This document shows, piece by piece, positions 7,994-17,565 of a stretch of 53,468 nt of DNA. The notes under the pieces are model-generated. The model was given only the letters and a program-made list of their open reading frames with translations. It was not told the DNA's origin and searched no databases. Each line of letters begins with the position of its first letter. Within the stretch, counting starts at the first letter, position 1. Position numbers and translations under genes: made by a program. This stretch comes from Acidobacteriota bacterium (GTDB taxonomy: Bacteria; Acidobacteriota; Terriglobia; UBA7540): positions 1 to 53,468 of the forward strand of contig JAKAWO010000001.1 in assembly GCA_021827255.1 (NCBI GenBank), in the 5' to 3' direction.

Positions 7994-9919
7994 ATGGAGG
8001 AAGAAAACCTGGCAATGGAACTCAAAAATGTTCAGCGACTCCTTGGGATAGCCGTCCTCTGCCTGGTGGCGCGGGGATCCGCGGCGCGGGCGCAGCAGAG
8101 CCCGTCGGCGTTTAACCCGGCGACCTCGATGGACTTTACGCATTCGGAGTGGTTTCCCCATATCTTCAGCCCGTACACGGCCCATCTAGTCCCCGAGCCG
8201 AAGATGACCAATTCTGAGCTTCTCCATTCGCTGATCCTGAATGGACACTTGCAACTTTCGCTCGATAACGCTATCGCTTTGGCCCTCCAGAACAACTTGC
8301 AGATTGACGTGGCGCGTTACACGCTGGCCTACGCCCAAACCGACGTCCTGCGCACGCGAGCGGGCGGCACCACGCGGGGCATCAACCCCGGCCTGTTCGG
8401 CAGTGTGGCCGCCTTTGGCGTCAGCGGCACCGCTAGCGCCGCGTCCGGCACGGGCAATGCGGGTGGAGTCTCCGGGGGAGGCGGCGCCACCAACATCGGC
8501 TCTGTTGGCTGCTGCGATCCCTTCGCGGGGGTCAGCTTCGGGTGGGACCACAACAGCTCGCCCCTGAACTTCGTCGTTGTCAGTGGGGTCCCCGTAGTCA
8601 CCACCCAGACCTCGAGCGTCACTACTTTCTTCGGCAAAGGATTTCTGACGGGCACGAGCGTCGTCGCGGCGGTCAGCGGTTTCCGCCAATCCACCACGTC
8701 GCTGAATACGTTGTTCAATCCCGAAGTGCCCGCGCGGTTTGAGATCGGTTTCAACCAGCCTCTGTTGAGCGGTTTCGGCTACCGCGCCAATGCCAAGTTC
8801 ATCCGCATCGCGCAGAATGATGTCCACGAGGCCGATAGCAGCTTCCGCCAAACTGTCATGACGGTGGTCGCTCAGATCGCGGACGACTACTACACCCTTC
8901 TCTATTACCGGCAGAATGTCCGCGTCGCTCAGCAGGCGCTGGCTTATGATGAGAGCCTTCTGGCGGACGACAAGAAGGAGGTTGAGATTGGCACCTTGGC
9001 GCCCCTCGAAGTCATCACGGCTGAGTCTCAGGTCGCGACCGACCAGCAAAACCTGATCGTTGCGGAGACGAACTACCTCCAGCAGCAGGAAGTGCTCAAG
9101 ACGGAACTCTCCAAGCACGTGGACCCCGACCTCGCGGCGGCTCACATTGACGCGACGAGCGCCTTCCCCACTCCCGCGGCCAATGACATTCCCTCCCTCC
9201 AGGTGGGCCTCGAAGAAGCGGAGAAGTACCGGCCCGAGCTCCAACAGGCGGAAATCAACATTCGCAATCAGGACGTCACCATTCAGCAAGCGCGCACCGC
9301 TTTGCTGCCCGCCCTCAACGTTTTCGGGACCTACGCGCCAACCGCCCTTTCCGGCAATCGCCTGCTGAGAAGCTCCACCGGTCAGCTCATCGGGGTTACG
9401 CCGGGCGGCCTTGGGCCATCGCTGACGCAACTCCTGCACGCGGATTATCCCGATTACTCCTTCGGGGTCACCCTTCAAATCCCAATCCGTAACCGGACGG
9501 CGCAAGCCGACATGGCCACCGCGCTGCTCCAGCAACGCCAGCTTCAGGAGCAGTTGCAGCAAACCCGAAATCAAGTCGCCCAGGATGTGCGGAACGCTGA
9601 AATCGCTGTGACCCAGGCTCGCGCCCAGATCAACGCCGCCAAGAAAGCTGTTCAGTTGGCTCTCGTGACCTTGCAGGACGAGCGGAAAAAGCTGGAACTG
9701 GGCGAGTCCACCACCTTAAACGTGATTCTGACGGAAAGGGACTATGACACCGCTCTGGGGAACCAAGCGCAGGCCTTTGACAATTACGCCAAAGCCGTGG
9801 TCCAGTTCGCGCAGGCGACTGGCAGCACTCTCCAGAGATACCACATCCAGCTCTCGGAGGCGAAATCCGGGCAAATCAGCCGCATTCCGAATATCCCCGG
9901 CACGCCCGCGCACCCATAG
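7994..9919 (+). CDS. TolC-family outer membrane efflux protein
   Basis: It has a signal peptide (MELKNVQRLLGIAVLCLVARGSAARAQ; alternative start at 8015). The OEP repeat pattern appears twice (LSLDNAIALALQNNLQIDVARY...; LQVGLEEAEKYRPELQQAEINIRNQD...), with long coiled-coil helices. Confidence 0.85.
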   Translation: MEEENLAMELKNVQRLLGIAVLCLVARGSAARAQQSPSAFNPATSMDFTHSEWFPHIFSPYTAHLVPEPKMTNSELLHSLILNGHLQLSLDNAIALALQNNLQIDVARYTLAYAQTDVLRTRAGGTTRGINPGLFGSVAAFGVSGTASAASGTGNAGGVSGGGGATNIGSVGCCDPFAGVSFGWDHNSSPLNFVVVSGVPVVTTQTSSVTTFFGKGFLTGTSVVAAVSGFRQSTTSLNTLFNPEVPARFEIGFNQPLLSGFGYRANAKFIRIAQNDVHEADSSFRQTVMTVVAQIADDYYTLLYYRQNVRVAQQALAYDESLLADDKKEVEIGTLAPLEVITAESQVATDQQNLIVAETNYLQQQEVLKTELSKHVDPDLAAAHIDATSAFPTPAANDIPSLQVGLEEAEKYRPELQQAEINIRNQDVTIQQARTALLPALNVFGTYAPTALSGNRLLRSSTGQLIGVTPGGLGPSLTQLLHADYPDYSFGVTLQIPIRNRTAQADMATALLQQRQLQEQLQQTRNQVAQDVRNAEIAVTQARAQINAAKKAVQLALVTLQDERKKLELGESTTLNVILTERDYDTALGNQAQAFDNYAKAVVQFAQATGSTLQRYHIQLSEAKSGQISRIPNIPGTPAHP

Positions 9920-10121
9920 CCGGCCCACGCTGGGTTCGAGGGAAGGCGCCTCATGCGCACGCTCCATTCAGACCTTCGGGTGTAGCGTCGGGGTTGCGGC
10001 ATTTTGCGATGGCTGTGGGATTCTCCAGGGCGGACGACCCGGTTCACCCTTGCGGACGGAATCAAGCGGTGGCGTTGGCCGCCGCCCACCTCGCCTCCCA
10101 TTGTCCTAAGAAGGCGTCATC

Positions 10122-10832
10122 ATGCCCCAGGCGGCCATATCGGACGGCGCTGCCATTCAAGCCTCGAACGTCTCGCGCTACTACCGGATGGGCCAGGATG
10201 TGGTCCGCGCGCTGGACGGAGTTTCGCTGGAGATTCGGCGCGGTGAATTTCTCGCCGTGCTGGGCAGTTCCGGATCGGGAAAGTCCACGCTGCTCAATAT
10301 CATGGCCGGCCTCGACCGCCCAACTTCCGGCCGCATGCTAGTCCTGGGCCGCGACTTGACCGCCCTCACTTCAGAGGGACTCGCTCACTATCGCCGCGTG
10401 ACAGTTGGAATGGTCTTTCAGGCCTTCAACTTGATCGGACGCATGACCGTCGCTGAGAATGTCGAGCTTCCGATGCGCTTTGCCGCCGTAGAGCGCAGTG
10501 AACGCCAAGCGCGAGTCCTCAATGCGCTCGAGCGGGTCGGTCTAAAGGCCCGCGCCCGGCATCGTCCGGCCGAGCTTTCCGGAGGCGAGCAGCAGCGCGT
10601 CGCCCTGGCTCGCGCTTTGGTTAATCGCCCCGCTATTCTGCTCGCGGACGAGCCCACCGGCAACCTTGACAGCCGCACCGCCGCAGAAATCCTTGCGCTG
10701 CTCCACACGGTCAATCAGTCTCTCGCCACCACGGTCGTGATGGTCACGCACGAGGAGGCCCTCGCGCGTCGTTACGCCGAACGCAACCTCCATTTGGCGG
10801 ACGGCAAATTGACCGCCGCGGAGGCACGATGA
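10122..10832 (+). CDS. ABC transporter ATP-binding protein (MacB/LolD/FtsE-like subfamily)
   Basis: Walker [10 protein letters not shown], signature [15 protein letters not shown], Walker [13 protein letters not shown] and H-loop VTHE. The stop overlaps the start of the permease gene (ATGA). Confidence 0.92.
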   Translation: MPQAAISDGAAIQASNVSRYYRMGQDVVRALDGVSLEIRRGEFLAVLGSSGSGKSTLLNIMAGLDRPTSGRMLVLGRDLTALTSEGLAHYRRVTVGMVFQAFNLIGRMTVAENVELPMRFAAVERSERQARVLNALERVGLKARARHRPAELSGGEQQRVALARALVNRPAILLADEPTGNLDSRTAAEILALLHTVNQSLATTVVMVTHEEALARRYAERNLHLADGKLTAAEAR

Positions 10833-12187
10833 AAACCTCCGATCTGGCCGGCCTGGCGGCGCAAAATTTTCGCGAATCGGTTCTGCGCAGCTCCCTCACT
10901 ACGGCAGGAATTACCGTGGGCGTTGCCTCATTGGTTGCCATGCTTTCGCTCGGCATCGGATTGCAGCGCCTCGCTGATCGCCGACTAGAGCGCTCCGGGC
11001 TCTTCGATACGGTCGTTGTTTTCTCGCCGGTAAGGTTTGCGGGGCTCGGCCGGCGCCGCCTGGGCCCTGCACCCCACAAGAGTCCGCCGCTCGACGAATC
11101 CGCGCGCCAAACCATGGCGCGGCTGCCAGGAGTCGCGGAGGTTTATCCCGACATCCGCGTTCCCGTGCTCCTGCGCCTGGGTTCCCGACAACGACTCACG
11201 CTGGTGAGCGGAACACCGCCCTCGGCGCGTTCGTCCGACGCTTTCAAAGGAATGTTGGGGTCCTTCTTCTCCGCGGCCTCACCGGGCGAAATCATCTTGC
11301 AGACGGATTTGGCTCGCGAGCTTAGCTCCCACCCCGCCGCTTTGCTAGGCCGGCAGATCACACTTTCCTACGCTGAGCGGCAGACTCTTCCGGCGTCCGC
11401 GCCAGCAGGAAAAATCGCGCCCAACTCCGAAAATTCCAATCTCTCAGCCGGCTTCTCCGTCATCCGGCGGGACAAGACCCTTCGCATCGTTGGGATCGTC
11501 AAGCGCGAGCCCAGTGCCGGCTTCAGCCGGTTCGCCCGAGACGGTGCTTTGATCCCTCTGGCTCTCGCTGAAAGCTTGAACGCTCCGGAACCCTCCAGCC
11601 TCACCGATGCCCTGCAAAACCATCCTGCCCAGGCGACCTATGCTCGCCTCATCGTCCGCGTTCGGAGCCCTCAAGCCATTCAGACCGCCGAGTCCAAAAT
11701 CAAAGCGATGGGCTTTCGAACCTTTTCCTTGCTCGACACGACTCGGAATATCCGCCGGTTTTTCGCCGTGCTCGATTTGTTTTTGGGGATTTTTGGCAGC
11801 CTGGCGCTGATCGTCGCATCACTCGGTATCGTCAACACGCTGGTGATGGCCATTCTGGAGCGCCGTCGCGAGATCGGCATTATGAAGGCCCTGGGCGCAA
11901 GCGACTCGGACGTTCGCCGGCTCTTTTTTGCCGAAGCCGCGGTCATGGGAGCGGTCGGTGGAGCGTTCGGCACGGCCCTGGGCTGGGCGATTGGACGTCT
12001 CATCAACGCGGGTGCCAACCTCTACCTGCGCCGGCAGCACTTCCCTCCGGAAGTCATCTGGCGCCTGCCGTGGTGGTTGGTGGTAGGGGCCATCGGCTTT
12101 TCCATTCTGGTCAGCCTGGCGGCCGGGATTTATCCCGCGTCCCGCGCCGCCCAGCTAGATCCCGTCCAAACCCTCCGCTACGAATGA
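10829..12187 (+). CDS. ABC transporter permease, FtsX/MacB-type with a large periplasmic domain
   Basis: One N-terminal TM, a periplasmic domain of about 250 aa, then the FtsX C-terminal 3-TM module (LGIFGSLALIVASLGIVNTLVMAILERRREIGIMKALGAS...). It is translationally coupled to the ATPase gene. Confidence 0.85.
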   Translation: MKTSDLAGLAAQNFRESVLRSSLTTAGITVGVASLVAMLSLGIGLQRLADRRLERSGLFDTVVVFSPVRFAGLGRRRLGPAPHKSPPLDESARQTMARLPGVAEVYPDIRVPVLLRLGSRQRLTLVSGTPPSARSSDAFKGMLGSFFSAASPGEIILQTDLARELSSHPAALLGRQITLSYAERQTLPASAPAGKIAPNSENSNLSAGFSVIRRDKTLRIVGIVKREPSAGFSRFARDGALIPLALAESLNAPEPSSLTDALQNHPAQATYARLIVRVRSPQAIQTAESKIKAMGFRTFSLLDTTRNIRRFFAVLDLFLGIFGSLALIVASLGIVNTLVMAILERRREIGIMKALGASDSDVRRLFFAEAAVMGAVGGAFGTALGWAIGRLINAGANLYLRRQHFPPEVIWRLPWWLVVGAIGFSILVSLAAGIYPASRAAQLDPVQTLRYE

Positions 12188-12423
12188 GCCCGGCTCTCCA
12201 GCGCTCGAGCCAACCAGCTTGCGCCCTCACCGCCGCTGGCCCGTTCACGCGACGAGGCTCGGCGCTGTTGCGATTTGCCTTTCACCGCGGCTTCGGCTAG
12301 GATCGCGCCCAAGCTCGCGGGTCTCTTTGGCCTCCGGCTGCCATCTCAATGGAGCTTGGGTTCTGGCGCGGGCTTCGGCGGCTGGATCTCCGGGAAATGG
12401 ATGGCCGGCGGAGGGGTCTGGAT

Positions 12424-13017
12424 ATGGCGCTCGCAGCGTTGACGCTGAACGGGTTGATCGCTCTCGGCGTGGCGTTCATCCTGGTATTGGCCCTCATTGC
12501 GGCGGCCGGATACCTCGTGCGGATTTATCACAGTTTGGTGACCCTGCGGAACAACCTTGACCGGTCATTCTCGAACATTGAAGGGCTGCTCAAGCAGCGG
12601 AGCGACGAGTTGCCCAAGCTGATCGGAACCTGGAAGAGCTACCTGCCAGACGAACCGAAGACCCTTGAGGCAGTCATCGAAGCGCGCCGGGCTTGGACTC
12701 GCGCCGCGGCGCCGGAGGAAAAAGCGCAGGCGGATCGTCAACTGACCAGCGCGCTCAAAACGCTGTTTGCCTTCGCGGCGAAGTATCCTGACCTGAAGAG
12801 CAACGCCAATTTCCGCCAGCTTCAATTCCGTCTTACGAGTCTCGAGCAAGAGATTGCCGCCCAGCGTGTCAGCTACAACCAGCGCGTCAACGATTACAAC
12901 GCCCGCCTCGCGCAACTCCCAGCGAAATTTGTGGCGGCCTGCGCGCGCCTCCAACATCGTCCGCTCCTCCAGGCGGTCGAGACGGATCGTGAGAACGCAA
13001 CCGTCAGCTTCACCTAA
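12424..13017 (+). CDS. lemA: LemA family protein
   Basis: An N-terminal TM is followed by YLVRIYHSLVTLRNNLDRSFSNIEGLLKQRSDELPKLI...YPDLKSNANFRQLQ...E.EIA..R..YN..V..YN, the characteristic LemA pattern. The start at ATG 12424 is chosen over the track start 12349. Confidence 0.85.
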   Translation: MALAALTLNGLIALGVAFILVLALIAAAGYLVRIYHSLVTLRNNLDRSFSNIEGLLKQRSDELPKLIGTWKSYLPDEPKTLEAVIEARRAWTRAAAPEEKAQADRQLTSALKTLFAFAAKYPDLKSNANFRQLQFRLTSLEQEIAAQRVSYNQRVNDYNARLAQLPAKFVAACARLQHRPLLQAVETDRENATVSFT

Positions 13018-13101
13018 CCCGTCGGCCTGCCTGCCGAGCGGACGATTCCCGCGTCCGCCCCAGCTGGATGACGAATCCTTGTGCTTCCCGGATGCCTCTC
13101 G

Positions 13102-13590
13102 TCAACGAGGCGGGGGGATCGTCAGCGCCTGCACCACGCAGAGAAACGCCGCAAACTTGAAGATTAGCCGCACGCGGTCGGCGAGGACAAACTGCCGCGT
13201 CTTGAGCTGGACCTGTTCGGCAGGCAACTCAACGGCCGACCGGAACAACACTTTCTTCCGCCGAAAGATGTATCCGAGGGTGAGCGCGTAGCTCACTGCC
13301 GTCGCGCCAACCGCTGCCGCCAGCCACAGCCGCCGGCCGGGAACGTTCCACGCCGCTATCACCGCGGCCACGAGAACGAACAGGCTGTACTTGGCCAGCC
13401 TGCTCAACCAGAATTTCTGAATGGCCCGCGCCATCCCGGTGCCTTCAAAAAATTTCCGCACCGATTCCGGCGGAGAAGCGCTCCACAGCGGCGTCAGCAC
13501 CAGCATCTCATACACGTTTCCGCCCACGTTGATTCCGTAGAGGACAATGAGGGCATAGAGCAGAAGTTGCGCGACCCATTCTCGAATCAT
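13102..13590 (-). CDS. Four-TM membrane protein, possibly DUF1772 (anthrone-oxygenase-like)
   Basis: MIREWVAQLLLYALIVLYGINVGGNVYEMLVLTPLWSASPPE..., about 160 aa with 4 hydrophobic segments. The family assignment comes from pattern memory only. Confidence 0.45.
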   Translation of the reverse strand: MIREWVAQLLLYALIVLYGINVGGNVYEMLVLTPLWSASPPESVRKFFEGTGMARAIQKFWLSRLAKYSLFVLVAAVIAAWNVPGRRLWLAAAVGATAVSYALTLGYIFRRKKVLFRSAVELPAEQVQLKTRQFVLADRVRLIFKFAAFLCVVQALTIPPPR

Positions 13591-13682
13591 CAACTCAATC
13601 CTGCGGACAGAAAGCGCGCGAGGGTATTTGCCATCGAGCTCGCGGCTCGCCAGCCATCCTTGGAGACGACCGGGAAACCGGG

Positions 13683-14195
13683 TCAATGCTGAACGACGAC
13701 CCGATGTTCGAGGAGGTCCCGTTCTTCCGGCGTCGCTCGCCTCGGGGTTTTCCCTTCGAGAGACCGGAGGAAATCAACGATTTCCCAGCGTTGAGAATCC
13801 CTCAGGCGATGTTTTTGCGCAGGCATGGCCTCGGTTCCCGTCCCAATGATGGTGAACAATTCGCCATCCGTCCGTCGGGCAAGGGCGCCCGGCTTGGTGA
13901 AGTCCGTCGGCAAGATTTTGAGAGCGCTCGCCAAATCCCCGCGGCCGTTTCCCTTGACCCCATGGCACATGGCGCACTGGCTCTCATAAAGCTTCTTGCC
14001 TTGCTCGACGGCAGCATCGGTGAAGGCGATCGGATTCTTTCGCGCCTTCTGCTGCGGCGTGATGTTGAAGGTGGGGGGAATCGCTAGGGTCTTGGCGGAG
14101 GGACCGGTCTTTTGAGTTTGCTGCGGTGCCCCTTGCGCGAAACTTACGGCGACCGCCAGCGCCAGAATGATCCACGGCGTTGCTTTTGCCATCAT
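13683..14195 (-). CDS. Secreted mono-haem c-type cytochrome
   Basis: Signal peptide MMAKATPWIILALAVAVSFAQG, the haem motif CAMCHG, and a distal Met region GTEAMPAQ. The upstream extension to 14297 is unlikely to be real. Confidence 0.8.
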   Translation of the reverse strand: MMAKATPWIILALAVAVSFAQGAPQQTQKTGPSAKTLAIPPTFNITPQQKARKNPIAFTDAAVEQGKKLYESQCAMCHGVKGNGRGDLASALKILPTDFTKPGALARRTDGELFTIIGTGTEAMPAQKHRLRDSQRWEIVDFLRSLEGKTPRRATPEERDLLEHRVVVQH

Positions 14196-14430
14196 CCACC
14201 TCCTACGCTGGCTCGCAACTCGGCCCCCGTCGGTGGATCTCAAACTTGCGCCAAGGCGACACCCCGCCGGTCGGGGCCGCGCGGGACAGTCTGCCAATCT
14301 CTGCCTTGATTACGCTAACGTGGCCCGACCGGGCCTGCTGTGCGCTAGCTCACCTCACTCCGTGACCTTTATCACTCTCGACGGGCCTCGGATCACCCCC
14401 TGGGAGATCGGCGGTTCTGCTAACGCCCGG

Positions 14431-15714
14431 TTACGGACTCGCCGGCGTCAAGGTGACGTCGTCAATCCAGACTCTTCCGGCGATTTTATTATCGAGTTTC
14501 TGGCTCGGCAGCCGCGCGACGCCGACGGCCACCAGGGCCGTCTTGGGCCCCGTGTGAAAATTGAGCGAGATAGGAATCCAACCGCCGCTGGTTCCCGTGA
14601 AGTCTGGCGAGAATTGGTCCAGAGCTTGCGGATTGTAAAAGTCGTGGACTTCGATCCGTGGCCCGCTGTCTGTCGTGATGTGATCCGTTTTAAGGAACGC
14701 TTCCAGGTGATAGGAGCGATTGGGAGCGAGCAAAACGAATTGGTAAAACTGATGGTAATCGAGGTTCTGATGGCCCGAAAACTGGATCAGCACCGAGTGG
14801 CTGGGAGAATGAAACTGGGAAGTGTCCCTTCCCACGTAAACGCCCGGCACATTGTCGGCCCGCCACCCAAACCCCATCCCGAGCAGGGGCCTTTCAAAGC
14901 GGCTGTCGGTGATCAAGTTGCCTTTGGGTTCCGGCGACGGTCCTTTGACCAACCCCCGGTTCATCAGGTCTGACCACACCTGATAGGCCTGCCGAGGGTG
15001 GTCGGCGAAAAGGAGCTGGTTGATGTAGTTCGTGGCCGCCGAGGCATCGAACTTGCCCGAACTTCCGATAATCCGGTTCCAGACAGTCCTCGCGTCATCG
15101 AAACGTTTTTGGCTCCCCAGAAAATCCAAATAGCGAAATTCTACCGGGATCTCAGGCGGGATCAACTCATTGAGGATCCGGGTGGGGTCGTTAGAGGCCT
15201 TCCACGCCATGCTGAAAATGATGCCGTCGTAACCGCTCGACCCGCTCAAGACGGTCTTGAAATGCCGGAAGGCATCCTCCGTCTTTCCTTGCAGAAGATA
15301 GAAGTTGCCGATCGGCCATTGGTACGCGGGGATGTCCGGGGCCAGGTAGTTGGCGCGTTGCAAGGTGCTTGTCGCGCCCGCCATCTCCCCTTGGAGCTCC
15401 AGACTCGCGGACAGGTCAAGCCAGGCTTGCGGGTTCCAGGGATCAAGTCGGACCGCCTGCTGGAATTGCTCCACCGCCTGGCGAGGATGCGTGTTCGTCA
15501 CTGTGTACTCATACAGCCGCCCCAACTGCAAGTGATAGTCCGCGTCACCAGGATCGAGCCGAACCGCAATTTTAAGATTGCTGATGGTGGGATTGAGCGA
15601 AACGCGGTAGGCAAGGTAGGCTCGCGCAATCCAGAGAACGGCTATCACCAGCAAAGCTGCCGCGGGCACAAAAACCAGACAAAAGGCCCACCACCTTCGT
15701 TTCGCTTGACTCAT
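14431..15714 (-). CDS. Membrane-anchored TPR-repeat protein with a C-terminal beta-sandwich (carbohydrate-binding-like) domain
   Basis: N-terminal TM (WWAFCLVFVPAAALLVIAVLWI) and TPR-like repeats (AVRLDPGDADYHLQLGRLY, AVRLDPWNPQAWLDLSASL, ANYLAPDIPAYQWPIGNFY). The C-terminal roughly 170 aa resemble a CBM4/9-like fold; that part is an inference. Confidence 0.65.
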   Translation of the reverse strand: MSQAKRRWWAFCLVFVPAAALLVIAVLWIARAYLAYRVSLNPTISNLKIAVRLDPGDADYHLQLGRLYEYTVTNTHPRQAVEQFQQAVRLDPWNPQAWLDLSASLELQGEMAGATSTLQRANYLAPDIPAYQWPIGNFYLLQGKTEDAFRHFKTVLSGSSGYDGIIFSMAWKASNDPTRILNELIPPEIPVEFRYLDFLGSQKRFDDARTVWNRIIGSSGKFDASAATNYINQLLFADHPRQAYQVWSDLMNRGLVKGPSPEPKGNLITDSRFERPLLGMGFGWRADNVPGVYVGRDTSQFHSPSHSVLIQFSGHQNLDYHQFYQFVLLAPNRSYHLEAFLKTDHITTDSGPRIEVHDFYNPQALDQFSPDFTGTSGGWIPISLNFHTGPKTALVAVGVARLPSQKLDNKIAGRVWIDDVTLTPASP

Positions 15715-16039
15715 GCCGCTTCACCCATCGTCCCGTCCGCGGAGGCAGTTGAAGCCCTGCGTGCCTGATCGTCTAGGGCAACGATTCACCGAGCGCGCGG
15801 ATGCGTGTAAAGATACATCGGCGGCAGGTGTTTTGGCAATGCGCTGATGCCCTTGGCGAGGCGTGAGAGTAGAGCGCGTCCTGATTATTGGAATCGAGCC
15901 GAACGCGGCGTCCGCTCCGGGTCGCCAGCGCCCGCGCGGATCGCCCGCGGCTGAAGGCTCACGACTGGCCGCTGATCGCCGCCAGCCCTTCACTGCTACA
16001 ATCAGCCGATGGATTAATCTCTCGATTGGAGATGGCATC

Positions 16040-17209
16040 ATGTTGGCCTTTCGCGGCGTGGATTTTCTGGAAATTGATTCCCAGTTCAGCGAGCAGGAAA
16101 AGCTGGTTCGCCAAATGGTGCGCGAGTTTGTCGAGCGGGAAGTGATCCCGCACATCGAGCAATGGAACCGCGAGGCGAAGTTCCCGGCGCACCTCGTGCC
16201 GCAAATGGCGGAGCTCGGTTTTTTGGGCGCAAACCTTTCCGGCTACGGCTGCGCGGGCATGTCGAACGTCGAATACGGCCTCATCCTGCAGGAGCTCGAG
16301 CGCGGCGACAGCGCCCTGCGCAGTTTTGTCAGCGTTCAAGGCTCGCTCGTCATGTACCCGATCCACGAGTTCGGAAGCGAGGAACAAAAGCGGAAATGGC
16401 TGCCCGCCCTCCAGCAAGGCCAAGCCATCGGCTGCTTCGGCTTGACCGAACCCGATTTCGGCTCGAACCCCGCCGGCATGAGGACTCGCGCCGTGCGGGA
16501 CGGCAGCGATTACATCCTGAACGGCGAAAAAGCCTGGATCACCAATGGTTCGATTGCCGACCTGGCCCTCGTCTGGGCGCGCGCCGACGGCGTCATCCGC
16601 GGATTCCTGATCGAAAAGGGAACGCCCGGTTTTTCCGCCCAAGACATCAGGGGCAAAATGTCCTTGCGCGCTTCGGTCACTTCCCTGCTCTCCCTCCAGG
16701 ACGCGCGCCTGCCAGCCAGCGCCTTGCTGCCCGGCGCTCAAGGACTCAAGGCGCCCCTTGATTGCCTGACCCAGGCGCGCTACGGCATTGGCTGGGGAGC
16801 GATTGGCGCCGCCATGGCCTGTTACCACGAGGCGCTCGAATACTCCAAAAACCGCAAGCAGTTTGACGACCGTCCCATCGCGGCGCATCAGCTCGTTCAG
16901 GAAAAATTGGCCGACATGATCACCGAAATCACCAAGGCGCAACTGCTGGCGCTGCACGTCGGCCGCCTCAAGGACCAAGGCCGCGCCGACTTCGCCCACA
17001 TTTCCATGCTCAAGCGCAACAACGTCAAAATCGCGCTCGACGTCGCCCGCGCCGCCCGAGACATCCTAGGCGCGAGCGGCGTCGCCGATGAGTATCCAAT
17101 CTTCCGCCACTTGTGCAATCTCGAAGCCGTCTTCACTTACGAGGGCACTCACAACATCCACACGCTCATCCTCGGCGAGCGCTTGACCGGCATTCCCGCC
17201 TATAAGTAG
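16040..17209 (+). CDS. gcdH: Acyl-CoA dehydrogenase, glutaryl-CoA dehydrogenase-like
   Basis: CFGLTEPDFGSNPAGMRTRAVRDGSDYILNGEKAWITNGSIADLALVWAR and the C-terminal YEGTHNIHTLILGE closely follow the GCDH pattern. ATG 16040 is chosen because the track's upstream extension is low-complexity. Confidence 0.8.
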   Translation: MLAFRGVDFLEIDSQFSEQEKLVRQMVREFVEREVIPHIEQWNREAKFPAHLVPQMAELGFLGANLSGYGCAGMSNVEYGLILQELERGDSALRSFVSVQGSLVMYPIHEFGSEEQKRKWLPALQQGQAIGCFGLTEPDFGSNPAGMRTRAVRDGSDYILNGEKAWITNGSIADLALVWARADGVIRGFLIEKGTPGFSAQDIRGKMSLRASVTSLLSLQDARLPASALLPGAQGLKAPLDCLTQARYGIGWGAIGAAMACYHEALEYSKNRKQFDDRPIAAHQLVQEKLADMITEITKAQLLALHVGRLKDQGRADFAHISMLKRNNVKIALDVARAARDILGASGVADEYPIFRHLCNLEAVFTYEGTHNIHTLILGERLTGIPAYK

Positions 17210-17565
17210 GTCACCCGGCCCCTTGCCTCGCAATACCATGGCCCTTCGCGATTGTGCGGTGCTTTGTCGAAAACCGCGCAACAAGCTCTCCTTCGACGAC
17301 AACCTCGAAATCCTTCGCGAATACGAAGGGGACGAGTTCCACCTTGTTTCGCGCCCAGGACAAAAACACGCCGCACGGACAGCCGCTCTTGCGGTCCGCA
17401 GTTCTTCTTCGTTTCGCCTTCGGACAAAAGCCGCGGACCGCAGGGACAGCGGTTTGCGTAAGGGGCTCGCGCTATCCGCTTTGCGACGCCTATTTGGCTT
17501 TTAATCGCAGCATCAGCCTCCCTTCAACCTCCAACCCTTCGCCGACGCGCTACAATTCTAGTGGC

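Noticed and set aside
7702-8025. 107-aa minus-strand ORF in the long leader
   Set aside because: It has no Shine-Dalgarno sequence, no family resemblance and an odd composition. The region is better explained as structured RNA or a leader.
8186-9574. 462-aa ORF on the minus strand
   Set aside because: It is the antisense shadow of the TolC gene and has no recognisable domains, whereas the plus-strand product has clear OEP repeats.
15834-15850. Sigma-54-like TGGCAA-N5-TGATGC upstream of gcdH
   Set aside because: The -12 element lacks the TTGC/GC core at the right spacing, and no EBP gene is nearby.
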